From Hormiphora californensis (lineage: Eukaryota; Animalia; Ctenophora), in contig CM035354.1 in assembly GCA_020137815.1 (NCBI GenBank), forward strand, positions 992,001 to 1,056,000: a DNA stretch of 64,000 nucleotides, written 5' to 3'. Below the pieces are notes generated by a model. That model worked only from the letters and a program-made list of their open reading frames with translations, did not search any database and was not told the origin of the DNA. Made by a program: the position numbers and the translations under genes. Shown piece after piece: positions 24,042 through 37,213 of the stretch (within the stretch, counting starts at the first letter, position 1; the number at the start of each line of letters is the position of its first letter).

Positions 24042-24245
24042 GGGTTTATTGATTATATAACTCCGGGTTTATTGATTATATAACTCCGGGTTTATTGATT
24101 ATATAACTCCGGGTTTATTGTTTATATAACTCCGGGTTTATTGTTTATATAACTCCGGGTTTATTGATTATATAACTCCGGGTTTATTGTTTATATAACT
24201 CCGGGTTTATTGTTTATATAACTCCGGGTTTATTGGTTATATAAC
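24042..24245. repeat. 23-bp minisatellite, about 9 copies
   Basis: GGGTTTATTG(A/T)TTATATAACTCC units end just before the putative acceptor TTTTACGACAG upstream of the sulfotransferase ATG. Confidence 0.9.
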
Positions 24246-24274
24246 TTCACTTTTACGACAGGTAGCAGGGGACC

Positions 24275-25579
24275 ATGAGCAGACCATCGAGATACTTCAT
24301 CTATTGTTGTGCCTTAGCACTTGTCCTGATAGTCACACGCTATGGCACCAATCTCTTAGACAGTGATCAGCAGCCTGTGGTATTCGGCTGGAATTTAGAT
24401 CAGACCAACAGTGATCAAACCTCCATTAACAGTACTGGGGCAGAATCAGAAATTAAAGAATCGTTTGGGCCGAGCCATCCAGCAACACCAAGACCAGCTG
24501 TTCAAGCCGAGAAAGATTTCAGAGAAGAGGAGAGCGAGGTCAGAGAGGGCTTATCTGATGGGGAGGATGATCATAAGGAGAATTTGCCCACAGAAGAGAG
24601 AAACCTGGAGGAAATTACAGAAGAGAGATATCCCGAAGTTCATTCTAGGGTGCGAGCTCGAATGTCCTACATTAGGGAAGTGTGTGAAAGAGAGAATCCT
24701 AAGTTCCACAAATCCTACAATATGTACTATTTTAAGAAGTTTGGAGTAACATGGTTGCCCGTTTTTAAATCCTCCAGCACAACTTGGAAGGTGTTCTTCA
24801 TTGACGAGATTCGTGGCCCGGATGCGAATTATAAGGGAAACCATGCCAGTTTTAGTTTACTATTTCCTAGCAGACTATACGAAAAGAACGAGTTAAAACC
24901 TGCTGGCAAGACCGGTCCGAGAAAGCGACAGTGGGCAGTGGAGCCAGCTAGTAGTATCCGATTTACCATTATCAGACATCCCTTATCTCGCTTGGTATCC
25001 CACTACCGCAAGACGATGGTGAGTGAGAAGGATCAGGCAGAGTTTAAAGACCAATGGATAATACCTACCGTGGTTCACGCTAGGAAGAAAACATCATGGA
25101 CAGCAGCACAGGAGAAGAAGTACCGGGGCGAGCTAGATAGAATGCTGACTGGGGCGCTAAAACCAGATTTAAACACAACCAACCCTTATCTTTCTCTGCC
25201 GACATTTTCCGAGTTTATTGAGTTTATTTTCTATGCACGTGCACACAGCGATTGGAGGGGAACCAACGAGCATTGGAAACCTAATTCCGCCCGAACTGAT
25301 GTGTGTTATAACGATTTGGATATCATTACCAAACTAGAAAACGAACAAGATGAACTTCCCTACTTGTTGGATAAGCTGAATATGACTCAGTATACGGACA
25401 GGTTAATGGGCACCAAAGCTAACCCTTCGGGGGTTTCAGCTGTAAAGGGTTCAGAAGTGTTGAAGTACTTAAAACAGTTGAGTAGAGCGCAACAGGAGAA
25501 GCTGAATAGTATTTATACTTTTGATTATGAGATCTTCAAATATGAGCCAATATTTAGTGACACTGAAGATAAGTTTTAG
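24275..25579 (+). CDS. Golgi carbohydrate sulfotransferase (Sulfotransfer_2 / HNK-1ST-CHST11 family), 434 aa, single coding exon
   Basis: N-terminal type II transmembrane segment; 5'-PSB VFKSSSTTWK; 3'-PB FTIIRHPLSRLVSHY; also NEHWKP, KLEN and C-terminal IYTFDYEIFKY. Confidence 0.92.
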   Translation: MSRPSRYFIYCCALALVLIVTRYGTNLLDSDQQPVVFGWNLDQTNSDQTSINSTGAESEIKESFGPSHPATPRPAVQAEKDFREEESEVREGLSDGEDDHKENLPTEERNLEEITEERYPEVHSRVRARMSYIREVCERENPKFHKSYNMYYFKKFGVTWLPVFKSSSTTWKVFFIDEIRGPDANYKGNHASFSLLFPSRLYEKNELKPAGKTGPRKRQWAVEPASSIRFTIIRHPLSRLVSHYRKTMVSEKDQAEFKDQWIIPTVVHARKKTSWTAAQEKKYRGELDRMLTGALKPDLNTTNPYLSLPTFSEFIEFIFYARAHSDWRGTNEHWKPNSARTDVCYNDLDIITKLENEQDELPYLLDKLNMTQYTDRLMGTKANPSGVSAVKGSEVLKYLKQLSRAQQEKLNSIYTFDYEIFKYEPIFSDTEDKF

Positions 25580-27097
25580 GTTTTTAAATTTCGTTTCGTT
25601 TTTATAAAGAGTGTGGAGACAGTACGAACAGTTCAAGGGTGTTTGTTCATATTGAAGAGTCCAGTCGATATTATAGTAGGAGCGGTTATAAATTAATTAA
25701 TTAATATTAATATTAGATCAGCAGGACGTGCCAAAAGTCGCGTGCCACAATTGTCAATTTTAGTGAAGGAGTGTTAGTAACCTAAAATCCTACTATAATG
25801 TTGTTTTACTTCTTACTCTATTTCTATACACACCGGGGGGGGGGGGGGGGGGGTAATCATGGTGACAAATGGTGATGGTGACATGACCAAAATTTTGAGA
25901 TGAGTCACCATTTGTCACCTTTCTCTCTGGAGTTAACTACAAGTACAGGTATAATATGATGTTATGGGACAATTATATAATATATGAAAACTAGAGCACT
26001 TCTAGCAAGTTTCAAGTCGATTGGATGTAATTAAGGGGTCACATTTGGTTAGTTGCGCTTTTGTGTGTTGTGCGAGGGAGGCACATCCTCAACGTGACTT
26101 ATTTTGGGAAGCTCAGATGGGGTCGGCGGCGCCAGACAGGCACATCATTCGAATCTACAACCGGATAGAAGTGGAACTACCGGCCCAACACCGGCTGAAT
26201 AGTCCGTCTCCTGGTTGCACGTGATAATATCCAGTAGGTGAATAATCCGTCTCCCGGTTGCACGTGATAATATCCAGTAGGGTGATAGATCCTCAATTGC
26301 TGCAGGAACTGCTACTAATATTTGGTAGCGAAGTTACTCCTCCCTTGCCGGCACGCGAGTGTGAGGTGTCTTCGATACCAATACTAATATGGAGGTGGTG
26401 AGGCTGCAATAATTGTGAAAAGATAGCGAGTTATAGCTTCGAGCAAATACGAGTATGTTTGGTTGCCATGCTACGCAGCTCTCTGTCCATTCGGCACTTT
26501 AAGCACCTCGCTTAAGCGCCTCGCCTTCGGCCTGGTGTGAGAGCTGACAGACAAGGAACATGTCAAATGATTGGTTATTGCGGAGACATGTTACATATTC
26601 ACATTTTGATAACATAATGTTGACAGTCAATATAAAAAGTGATTCATCTCTGATTATAGGAACCAAGGATTGGGGTGAACTACTACACACATTTCACTAA
26701 ACTATCTATGCTAATTATACCTCCCACTAACCACTTCCCAGTGGACCATAAACCTATATCATGCATTATATCTGCTATATCTCGACTGGTACAATTGTGT
26801 CTGTGTTGCGCCACCACTACCAGGTAGTTGAAAGTTCTTCTGACGTAAATCATAGCTCTTATATGTACTACCCATGGAACTTAATTCTAGAAACTTCATT
26901 CTAGAAACTCTATGGAACTTGTTGAGTAAGGGAACTCTCATTCTAGAAACGTTTATAAAGATTTGCAGCCGGTATCAAAAACTATATAACTATCCATTGC
27001 TCAAAGTTAGCTTGATGGCAAAACACAGTGGGGTAACTATATCCATTGCTGCATTGAACTGTTAAATTCAATTCCATTCGAGCAGCTGCATCCATCA

Positions 27098-27461
27098 TTA
27101 AAGTAGTGCCTTGACTCCAATGAGCTCCTTGCATTTTGGGCAGAAGTGCTTGTGATCCTTGCATCCATCGAATAAGAAGGGGATGAAGCAACACAGACCT
27201 GCAGATAGGGATAGAAATGTCATAATTGGACTAATGTTCTGTCAAAAAAGGGTTATATTTCAGAGTTTCAGCTCACATTTTAACCGCACTGACCAGTAAT
27301 GAAAAAGAGGAGGAGGCAGATTATGATAGTTCCATTACCAATAGAATGCTTTACCTTGGTCTCGATATCCTGAAGAGAGAGAAATGTAGTTTTAAATTCA
27401 TACTTTTGAGAAGTTTTCGGCCATTCATCAGAGGGTCATCTGTTCCTAAACCACCACCAGA

Positions 27462-27539
<78 letters not shown>

Positions 27540-28137
27540 AAGCGACATTAAGAAAGGGACTGATAAAGAGAGAAGACAAGTTGCCCATATAAAATTGCCT
27601 GTCAAGACTGAAATCAAACGTTTATCATTTGCTTGACAACTTCTTTTCTTTCTAGAACAATTATAAAGAGCTGGTTTCTAAGTCACATACCTCCCTACAG
27701 TGGGGACAAGTCATATTGACGGGGGATGCGCTGAAATACGGCTGAACTGACTGGAAGAAATAAATCATTATTAATAAATCATTACTATAATACACTGCCC
27801 TCGAGATTCTTTATTCTTAGATGTTTATCATATTATATTTTAGAACTGTGCGGGTTGAAAAAAGAGAAACAATCCATAAGTGGAGCTGATATTTTTACAA
27901 GCGGCTGAAGTCTGAACAAAGTGTACCTACATTATGAACATTGTACGGTACGGGTGCGGGTTGATGACCGTCCTGGACCAGCAGAGGTTCCTGGGTTGGG
28001 GCACCTCCACTAGGGTACGGTTGGTATCCTGGGTTCTGAGGCTGCTGCTGTGGCTCAGGGTAGGTTGCAGTCGGTTGATAGGGTGGCTGTTGCTCAGGGT
28101 AGTCGGGCTGATCGGGGTATATTGGCGGTGCAGACAT
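27098..28137 (-). CDS. LITAF: LITAF-domain protein, long form (147 aa, Pro/Tyr-rich N-terminus)
   Basis: Exons 28137-27931, 27750-27691, 27369-27294, 27198-27098: PVNMTCPHCRE-DIETKVKHSIGNGTIIICLLLFFITGLCCFIPFLFDGCKDHKHFCPKCKELIG. Confidence 0.92.
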
Positions 28138-29324
28138 GCTGTGGGAAATTTTATGTAATGTTGAGTGTCGATTCAGCACGAGAGAGCTCTTGTTTCACTT
28201 TGTTGGGAAATTGTATTCTAGCGTGTATTGCATGGATAAGGTTAACAAAAATCAACTGAAAATGTGATGATACATTGATACACCAGGCAAAACAACACTG
28301 TTTTTGTGTGACTCACTGTGGACGAGCGAGTGTGTCTAGAACAAACAATCCCCGCGACCCGCTTTTAGAGCTGCAGTGCATTTCTCAAAAATGAAGTCAC
28401 GGAAGTGTTACATTACATTCGTCATCATTACCTCATCATTACCTCATCTGTATTATACTGTGGGGGATATGATAACAATTACACATGGGGTGGATGTTTC
28501 ACACGCCGGAATAAGTTCAGGGATTCCATCACCCCCTTGGCCTTGTAGACCAACAAGAACCTACTCACTACTCAGCTTTATTCCATCACCCCCCTTGTAG
28601 TGAGTTTTACCAACAGGAACCTACTCACTTGTTACGTAAGTTACTAAACAAGCTTTATCTCAGATCAGGATATTTTATATCTCCTTTACAATAAGCTGAC
28701 AGTGCAGTAAAGTCGGTGTTTTTTGAAGTTGTCACCCCCCCCCCCTTCTCGTGTGCTCGATTTTTTGCGTACGTAAAGTCCGTACAGTTAGTGAACACCG
28801 CCAAATTTAGTTTTAAAATTTCATTTAACTAATACTTAGAGTATTGTCACTCTTTAACTAACACTTGTCACTCTTGTCGTATGATGAAGTAAAAGGGAGA
28901 GAAGTAAGTGCAGCAGTCGCCCTCTTAAAACAGCTGACACTCGACAGCTCTCTAGTGAGTATGGTGGGCGTATGGTGAAGCAAATGGGAGAGAAGTGCAG
29001 CTCAGTCGCCCTCTTAGAACAGCTGACAGCTCTCTTGATCAGTGGACACACAGACATACCTACTTGAGTGCGGTTATGCAATTGAAACTTGGTGTTCCTC
29101 TCGACCTCCAATCAACTGGGTAGCTCCAAATATAGTTAAATGTCCTGAGAAATATTGTGTTGTATAACTATCATGTCCGGTTGATGAGAAAAGTGCCACA
29201 GATTTCCCCATCTCCCCCGGGGAGACTCCCCGTGTCAAACCGTGACAGGGAGGTCCTTTTAAAAGAATTGAGATACGGTGATTTCCGACAACAAACTGAA
29301 AAATAAATAACAATAACAAGTTAA

Positions 29325-30646
29325 TAAGGTGATTTAACTAAAATTTTAGCCTCAACCAGAAAAAAATTGGTTACAAAGGATTTCCACCTCAAACGTACTC
29401 CTAAGGGTCCCCTCTATCGATTTCAACCAATGCTCATATTTGTTCAGGGGTGCTAAGGCCTCATTTCCGGGTGGGCGTGGTACCTGTATTTTCAGCCTGA
29501 GGATATAACCATAAGTACCCTTAAAATAGGAGTAGAGATAAAATCGAGGGCGCTAAAGTGATCAGCGTCCTCGCATTAGTGGGGGTAGGTGCCAAAATTA
29601 AGTCTCTATCTCATCTGGTTAATTAGATAATTGGATAATTAGGTTTGCGCATAACCGTTTGTTGGCTATATGGCTATAGCCACTTAGGAAAGGAGTAGAG
29701 ACAAAACTGAGGGCACTAAAATGATCAGCGTCCTCGAATTAGTGGGGGTAGGTGCTGAAATTAAGTCTCTATCTCATCTGGTTAATTAGATAATTGGATA
29801 ATTAGTTTTGTGCATAACCGTTTTTTGGCTATATGACTATAGCCACTTAGGAATGGTTAAGAGACTTTTCATTGGTGCCACTTTGTAGGCGAAGCGAAGT
29901 TATGGGGGGTCGACGTCGGACTTTTAAGCTCTATTTTCAACCGTTTAGCCGTTATTTGGCTTTTAAGATGCTCCAAATGAGCAAAATACGGTAAAATCCC
30001 CGATTTTGAACACCTTAAAAGCTAAATAACGGCTAAACGGTTGAAGATAGAGCTTAAAAGTCCGACGTCGACCCCCCATAACTTCGCTTTGCCTACAAAG
30101 TGGCACCAATGAAAAGTCTCTTAACCATTCCTAAGTGGCTATAGCCATATAGCCAAAAAACGGTAATGCGCAAAACTAATTATCCAATTATCTAATTAAC
30201 CAGATGAGATAGAGACTTAATTTCAGCACCTACCCCCACTAATTCGAGGACGCTGATCATTTTAGTGCCCTCAGTTTTGTCTCTACTCCTTTCCTAAGTG
30301 GCTATAGCCATATATCCAACAAACGGTTATGCGCAAACCTAATTATCCAATTATCTAATTAACCAGATGAGATAGAGACTTAATTCTGGCACCTACCCCC
30401 ACTAATGCGAGGACGCTGATCACTTTGGTGCCCTCGATTTTATCTCTACTCCTATTTTAAGGGTACTTATGGTTATGGCCTCAAGCTGAAAATACAGGTA
30501 CCACGCCCACCCGGAAATGAAGCCTTAGCACCCCTGAGCAAATATGAGCATTGGTTGGAATCGATAGAGAGGACCCTTAGGAGTACGTTTGAGGTGGAAA
30601 TCCTTTGTAACAAATTTTTTTCTGGTGTTCCTGGCTTATCACCTTA
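29325..30646. mobile_element. Near-perfect palindromic foldback element of 1.3 kb
   Basis: Arms of about 620 bp (29357-29975 versus 30010-30626), each with an internal duplication of about 160 bp; shares CAGCGTCCTCGCATTAGTGGGGGTAG with the 60.4-63.2 kb element. Confidence 0.88.
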
Positions 30647-30953
30647 CTAAGTACATAAATATAACATACATACAATTAAAATACAACAAAAGAATACTAA
30701 CGATCCTATATCAACAATTATAAGCATTCAGCATTAAAATTAAAATTTCTCCTTTTTGTGAAAGTGTTGGTAAAAACTCTAAAAACAGTTCGGATCAAAA
30801 TTTTAAAACATGAGCGGTCAGAAATTACCAATAATATTCATGTCCACGACCAATTTCCACTCAACAAATACAGCGAAATTCAGCAACAACAAATAAAGGA
30901 CCAGATTTAGTTAATCCTGATCAGATCTGATTCAGCAACAAAAATATAATTGT

Positions 30954-31510
30954 TCAAATGAGCACTCTCCGGCAGATGGGTGCCTTGCAGTTGGGGCAGT
31001 AGTGCACAACATCCTTACACGCATCCATAACACACGCCAACCAACAACACAAACAACCTGAAACGATATAGAACTTACGCAACGCATGTTACGTTCAAAT
31101 TTAGTGATAAATTCCCAATCTCTCGAGGGGAGCGGAGAGAGAGGGTCGAACAAGGCAAGCCCGGGCGTAGTTTAACCTCTACGGTTCCAAGACAAGGCCG
31201 TCACCAACAAAGAAAGCAACAAAAAATGTTTCTAATTACCTGTTACAAAAGCGATAGCAGCGGAAATGAATATTGTTCCTATTCCAAGTTCAAACTTAAC
31301 TTTCGTTTTGATCATCTGAAAAAAACGAGTATTGATGAATTAGTAGGAACTAAAAAGGTTGAAGAGAATAGTTTCAGGTATCTTGCCAACAATTTCACGT
31401 GACATGTGGGACGTGGGTACCTGGTGGCATTGTGGGCAGTTCAACTGGACCGAATCACGGCCTATCACTACAGAACCTATCCCCGACATTTCCTCTATCT
31501 GTACACTCAT
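30954..31510 (-). CDS. LITAF: LITAF-domain protein, short form (89 aa)
   Basis: Exons 31510-31421, 31315-31240, 31057-30954: SVQLNCPQCHQ-MIKTKVKFELGIGTIFISAAIAFVTGCLCCWLACVMDACKDVVHYCPNCKAPI; same in-domain intron positions and phases as its neighbour. Confidence 0.92.
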
Positions 31511-32594
31511 GGCTGTATTAATCAGGATTGGGTTACAAACTATAAAGTACATTTCAAACTACAAGCACAACAATGTGTTCGCAACAAAAATCGGTACAGC
31601 AAACATCGGGATATCGAACTTCAAAGGCTTCCAGCCTCCAGGAGAGGCAGAGGAGAGACTGAAGACTCGTCATGAAAGGACAGCGACCAGTAGCAGGAGA
31701 CTCGCCAATAATCAATATCATATAGGTCGTTTTCATAAGTCAACCTGCCCCGATCTGAAGGCCTTAGCCTCAGACCCACTTGAAAAACTCCACCTAACAT
31801 TTCTCAAACTCGCTCTTGGAGTATCCAGAAAATCCCCTAATGTTGTCATGTGGGGTGACACAGGCCGGACCCCCCTTGCTTATTCGCTGAAGTCTGGAGT
31901 CCTGAGGTATTTCAACCGGGCAGCAGAGATGTCAGCAAACTTCCCCATGGATCACATCATAGATGTCAGTACCCCACTTTTGGTATACACGTTCCGAGAA
32001 CAAACCCAGTCAGAACTGGTTTGGTATTCCAGTATTATCAACTTTGTCCGGAAACACACCACTGAAAGCTTCTTGAATAGCTGGGAGGAATCCAGAGAGT
32101 CTAACAGGAAGCTATCCTTCTACAATAGCGTTAAAGTCAAGTTCGAACCCGAACCATACTTGTCTTTGGAGCGAAATCTAGCCAAGAGAGTGGCTCAGAT
32201 TAGGTCGGCTTCTCATGGCCTCAAAATCGAGCGGGGACGTTTTGAAAAGTATCGAAAGGGTGGATTCTCACTGGAAAAAGAGAGACTGTGCCCGTACTGC
32301 AACACATCCGACATCGCCTCTCTTGAGCTCCTAAGTGAACTGCCCCACTATGACCGAATCACCGAAGACGAACCCCACTTCCTCCTGAAATGCCCCTTTT
32401 ATGAGGACCTAAGAGCCCGTATACCAGAAAGTACCTCCCCTCGGCTGGTAGTGGTCAGACTCAGACACCTTTTCAAACCGTCGGCCGATGACACTATCGA
32501 CCCAGTCCGCCAGACCGCAATCTACATCGAAAAAGCTTTCTCTAGAAGACAGGATTTTATCAGAGACACGGGTCCATCCACCAATTCCCACTGA

Positions 32595-33215
32595 AACGTT
32601 GAGTACTCTCAACACATCGTTAGGATATGGATTCCATTAAGGCAATCCTATCCATTTTCTATTTATCCTTTGAATCGTTGAGCATTCTCAACCAACCGCT
32701 AGGATATGGATCCCAATCACATAACACCATCCACTCTCGCCGATCAGCGTGAGCTTACTCAACCCCACTGAGTCTTTGATACCCACTGATACGCTGAGTA
32801 TTCTCAACATCCCGTTAGGATATGGATTCCATTACGGCAATCCTATCCATTTTCTATTTATCCTTTGAATCGTTGAGCATTCTCAACCAACCGCTAGGAT
32901 ATGGATCCCAATCACATAACACCATCCACTCTCGCCGATCAGCGTGAGCTTACTCAACCCCACTGAGTCTTTGATACCCACTGATACGCTGAGTATTCTC
33001 AACATCCCGTTAGGATATGGATTCCATTACGGCAATCCTATCCAATTTCTATATATCCTTTGAAACGTTGAGCATTCTCAACCAACCGTTAGGATATGGA
33101 TCCCAATCACATTTAAAGACCATCCACCTTCGTTGAGTTCTGAGCAGCGTGAGCTTACTCGGCCCCACCGAGTCTTCATGACCCTCTGAAACGTTGAGTA
33201 CCCTCAACAGCCCGC
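32595..33215 (+). repeat. 195-bp tandem repeat, about 3 copies, in the LINE 3' UTR
   Basis: TAGGATATGGATTCC at 32621, 32816 and 33011; subrepeats carry GTTGAG-N4-CTCAAC. Confidence 0.85.
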
Positions 33216-33459
33216 TAAAGTGCGTTTCAAGCGACTTGACCCGTAATTCTTGGAATTTGGCGCATTGCGCGTGTATTTACAAAGGGGAAATCCTGAATTT
33301 CCAGGAATCTCAGGTCAAGTCGTTTGAAACGCACTTTAAAGTCCGTTTCAAGCGACTTGACCCGTAATTCTTGGAATTTGGCGCATCGCGCGTGTATTTA
33401 CAAAGGGGAAATCCTGAATTTCCAGGAATCTCAGGTCAAGTCGTTTGAAACGCACTTTA
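33216..33459. mobile_element. Head-to-tail dimer of a 121-bp MITE inserted at a TA; an inverted copy lies at about 34187-34308
   Basis: TAAAGTGCGTTTCAAGCGACTTGACC ... GGTCAAGTCGTTTGAAACGCACTTTA occurs twice, sharing the central TA. Confidence 0.85.
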
Positions 33460-34836
33460 GGAATGGATTCCATCTCGGCAATCCAATCCAACTTTGTTAC
33501 CCACCAAACACCAGTTGAGCATACTCAACCCCACCACCAGTTCCCAGAAAGTCCAGGGTTGCTGGCACCCTCACGAACTCTCCCATTTCTTATACGTGTT
33601 TTATATTTGTGAATTTTGCTTGCCTGCTGCAGTTTTTTCCCGTCCCCCTGAGTTTTATTTTTCTACGAGATTTATTCTTTTTTTACTACTACACGTTTTA
33701 ATTTTTATATCGCTCCCCCCTTTTTCCCCCTGTAATCTTTAACCCTGCCCTTGTTGACCACTTTACGCTTTTTAGCCCTTTTATTTTGTCTTTTTAATTT
33801 ATTTATTTATTCCCTTCATGTACGTTTTCCTTTTATACCCGAGCGCCATGTTTTTGCCTAATGATTTTAAATTTAAATTTAACTTTAAACACCTTAGCAT
33901 CTTTAACTTTCTTTTTCATCTGACAATGAAGTACCATTATAGATGATATTGTTTAAATCCTGTTTAAATCCTGTTTAAATCCTGTGTGTGAATCTCCTGT
34001 TATCTAACGTGCTGCTCTCATGCTGTGGTGAGTCTCCGGTGAGCTGTGTCTCCTGGAGTTGCATTATAGAAAGAGGAGACTTGGCAGACGGCAGTTGGTA
34101 TACACGTCTGTAGGGCACTCCATCTTTACGGAGACGGGATCAGCGAGGGCCCGCCGAGGAGACTGAAAAGTGAAAAGTGCAACTGTTAAAGTGCGTTTCA
34201 AACGACTTGACCTGAGATTCCTGGAAATTCAGGATTTCCCCTTTGTAAATACACGCGCAATGCTCCAAATTCCAAGAATTGAGGGTCAAGTCGCTTGAAA
34301 CGGACTTCAACAAAAAAACAAACAAAATAAAAGAGGCCGAGATTTTTAAAAGTCAGCCGACCCGTGCGTGTCAAAATACGCGCGCAAAGAGGATCGACAG
34401 CGCATTTTGACTACTGAATTTAATGCGCGTTTTTAACAAATATCACTCCAAAAAAAAAAAAAAAAACTCCAAAAAAATCCACATCGCGTTTTTTTTTTCT
34501 TTTTAAAGTCGAATTTTTTAATCAAGGGACAGGGGCCGCGCATTCAGAGAGGTCGCGCGGCGTTGTATTATATTTGCGCGTGACAATCGAGATCAAGTTC
34601 CTGGCAATCTTAAGACCCTCTGGAAAAGTCAAATATTCTCCAGTCGCAATATGTAGGAGTATTCAGTGATCCGTCCATGTGCTCGGTTGAGGAGGCCATC
34701 AAGGACATGAGCATACTCGGAAATGTTCAGGTAGTGCACAGGTCGAGAACACAGGTAGTGCACAGTCACGCGCAAATCAAAATCAGGTAAGTCACATTGA
34801 TGAGCCGCGCGAGTTTGAAAAATAGATTAAAATCTC

Positions 34837-35057
34837 TAGTGGAAGCTCTTACGGTATTTCCCACGCCCCGTGGGAAAGTTTTTGACCGTGGGAAAGTTTT
34901 CAAACCGTGGGAAAAGAGAGATACATACAATAACATACAAAAAATAATTATTTTTTTAAAGTTATTGTATGTATCTCTCTTTTCCCACGGTTTGAAAACT
35001 TTCCCACGATCAAAAACTTTCCCACGGGGCGTGGGAAATACCGTAAGAGCTTCCACT
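34837..35057. mobile_element. Near-perfect palindromic MITE of 220 bp
   Basis: TAGTGGAAGCTCTTACGG...CCGTAAGAGCTTCCACTA, arms of about 105 bp. Confidence 0.85.
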
Positions 35058-35185
35058 ACTCTGGAATCTGTTCATTTCATCGCAGACCTTCTCCACGACC
35101 GTGTCCAGACCTTGTGCTGACCTTGTGCTCGACCTCGTGCTCGACCTCGTGCTTGATCTCGTGCTTGACCAATGACCTCTCTCTG

Positions 35186-35267
<82 letters not shown>

Positions 35268-35669
35268 CCTCCCTCTCTATCTTTTGTATGTCCCTGACCT
35301 CTGTTAGGCCGGTTGTCGATTGGGTTGGGTTGAGGTTTACCATATTAAATGTACCAGAACGCCCTATACCAAGTTAGGGCCTAACATTTACCGCTTACCG
35401 ATGTGAAAGCCACCCTTTCCATTTAGGATGTTTGTAAAAATGAAAAAAACAGGATAAATTAGTAAAACTACAATCCCAGAAGCAGTTGGAGGTGTTTACT
35501 ATCATGATGGAGGAGCTTGAGGATATTCACTAAAATTATAGCTTTGACTTTACTCATAACTCCAGGTAAGGTCCGCCGGCTACCTCCCCCTGGCCCCTCC
35601 CCTACTCCTGGACAGTGGACGTCATCTTTGAATCACCCATTTATGTCTAATTGGCTTTCTTTTCTTCAT

Positions 35670-36458
35670 GAGTCCTCCCTGTGTCGAACAGCTGGGAAGC
35701 AGAGCTGTCCCAACAAGGGCGCCACCCAACTACCATTTCTTTTCTTCGCTTCAATTACGTTTATCTATCTCTCATCATGAATGTGCGTTTTGCATAAAGA
35801 TGGAGAGATGGATATGAAGAGATAGAGAGATAGAGAGATAGAGAGATAGAGAGATAGAGAGATAGAGAGATAGAGAGATTGAAAGATTAAGGGATGGAGA
35901 GATAGAGAGATAGAGAGATAGAGAGATTGAGAGATTAAGGGATGGAGAGATGGAGAGATGGAGAGAGTCCTCCCTGTGTCGAACAGCTGGGAAGCAGAGC
36001 TGTCCCAACAAGGGCGCCACCCAACTACCATTTCTTTTCTTCGCTTCAATTACGTTTATCTGTCTCTAGTCATGAATGTGCGTTTTGCATGGAGATGGAG
36101 AGATGGATATGAAGAGATAGAGAGATGGAGATGGAGAGATGGAGAGATGGAGAGAGATGGAGAGATGGAGAGAGATGGAGAGAGATGGAGAGAGATGGAG
36201 AGAGATGGAGAGATGGAGAGAGATGGAGAGAGATGGAGAGAGATGGAGAGAGATGGAGAGAGATGGAGAGAGATGGAGAGAGATGGAGAGAGATGGAGAG
36301 AGATGGAGAGAGATGGAGAGAGATGGAGAGAGATGGAGAGATGGAGAGATGGAATATGGAGATGGAGATGGAGATGGAGATGGAGATGGAGGTGGAGATG
36401 GAGATGGAGATGGAGATGGAGATGGAGATGGAGATGGAGATGGAGATGGAGATGGAGA
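35670..36458. repeat. Duplicated block of about 150 bp plus GAGAGATGGA/GGAGAT simple repeats
   Basis: GAGTCCTCCCTGTGTCGAACAGC... at about 35670 and 35965, each followed by purine-rich microsatellite. Confidence 0.85.
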
Positions 36459-37213
36459 TTCTGGGTTTGGGAAGGGAGGGGGATGCGGAGGGGGGAGGGG
36501 TGTGGTAGTAGTGGATGTTTGTGTGGGGTGTCTGTGTGAAGGGTGAGCATGTGTAGGTCACCATGAACTGATTTGTAATCTCTAAATTAGGCGATCTAAT
36601 TTAGGCCCTACCCAGTACCCCACATCAGCGGAGAAAACCTTACTCTCGTTAATTAAGCTCTCATATTTAAGCAATCCAAAAACAAAAAGAATTTCTTCTA
36701 TATCAAGAAACTAAACAAGTTGGGGGTGTTCTATTTTGTTGTGGTGTCTCTGAATTGTGTGATTTACATTTGAAAAGTTTCTCACTAAAGCGTTTCTTAA
36801 AAATCGAGAGTAAGGTATATCTAAAAAGATGATGACAGTAGATAAATGTAGGATTTCCTAAAACCTGCTCCTAACCTCCGTACTGATATCTAATCTCTTC
36901 ATTAGGCCCTACCTCTCCACGTCCCAACAACCGATAAAAAAACTAAATAGATGTTGGATGTCCCTAAACCTGCTCCCATCCTTTGTACTGACTACTGATA
37001 TATTCTCTCCTCATGCAGGGTCGAGACAGTGATATCTATTTGTTTGGAATATGACCAGATAGTATATGGGATCGCCTCATAACAAGCACAAAGCTGACAA
37101 AAAGCCCAGGACCAGTACACGATATTTAAATTAACCCTGTGCGATAGAAATTGGTAAGTCTCGTTAAAGTCAGAGTAGACAGAAAAAGAATTGGACAAGC
37201 TTGATTGATGTAG

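Larger units (their letters stand above)
31740..33900 (+). mobile_element. 5'-truncated LINE (RTEX-like): ORF C-terminus to 32594 plus a long 3' UTR
   Basis: LEKLHLTFLKLALGV...WGDTGRTPL, EPYLSL, HGLKIERGR, RLCPYC...EDEPHFLLKCPFYEDLR (CCHC zinc domain); RT core absent; boundaries approximate. Confidence 0.8.

Noticed and set aside
31359-31740. N-terminal third of the 411-aa ORF
   Set aside because: Chance read-through antisense to LITAF exon 1; LINE similarity begins only downstream
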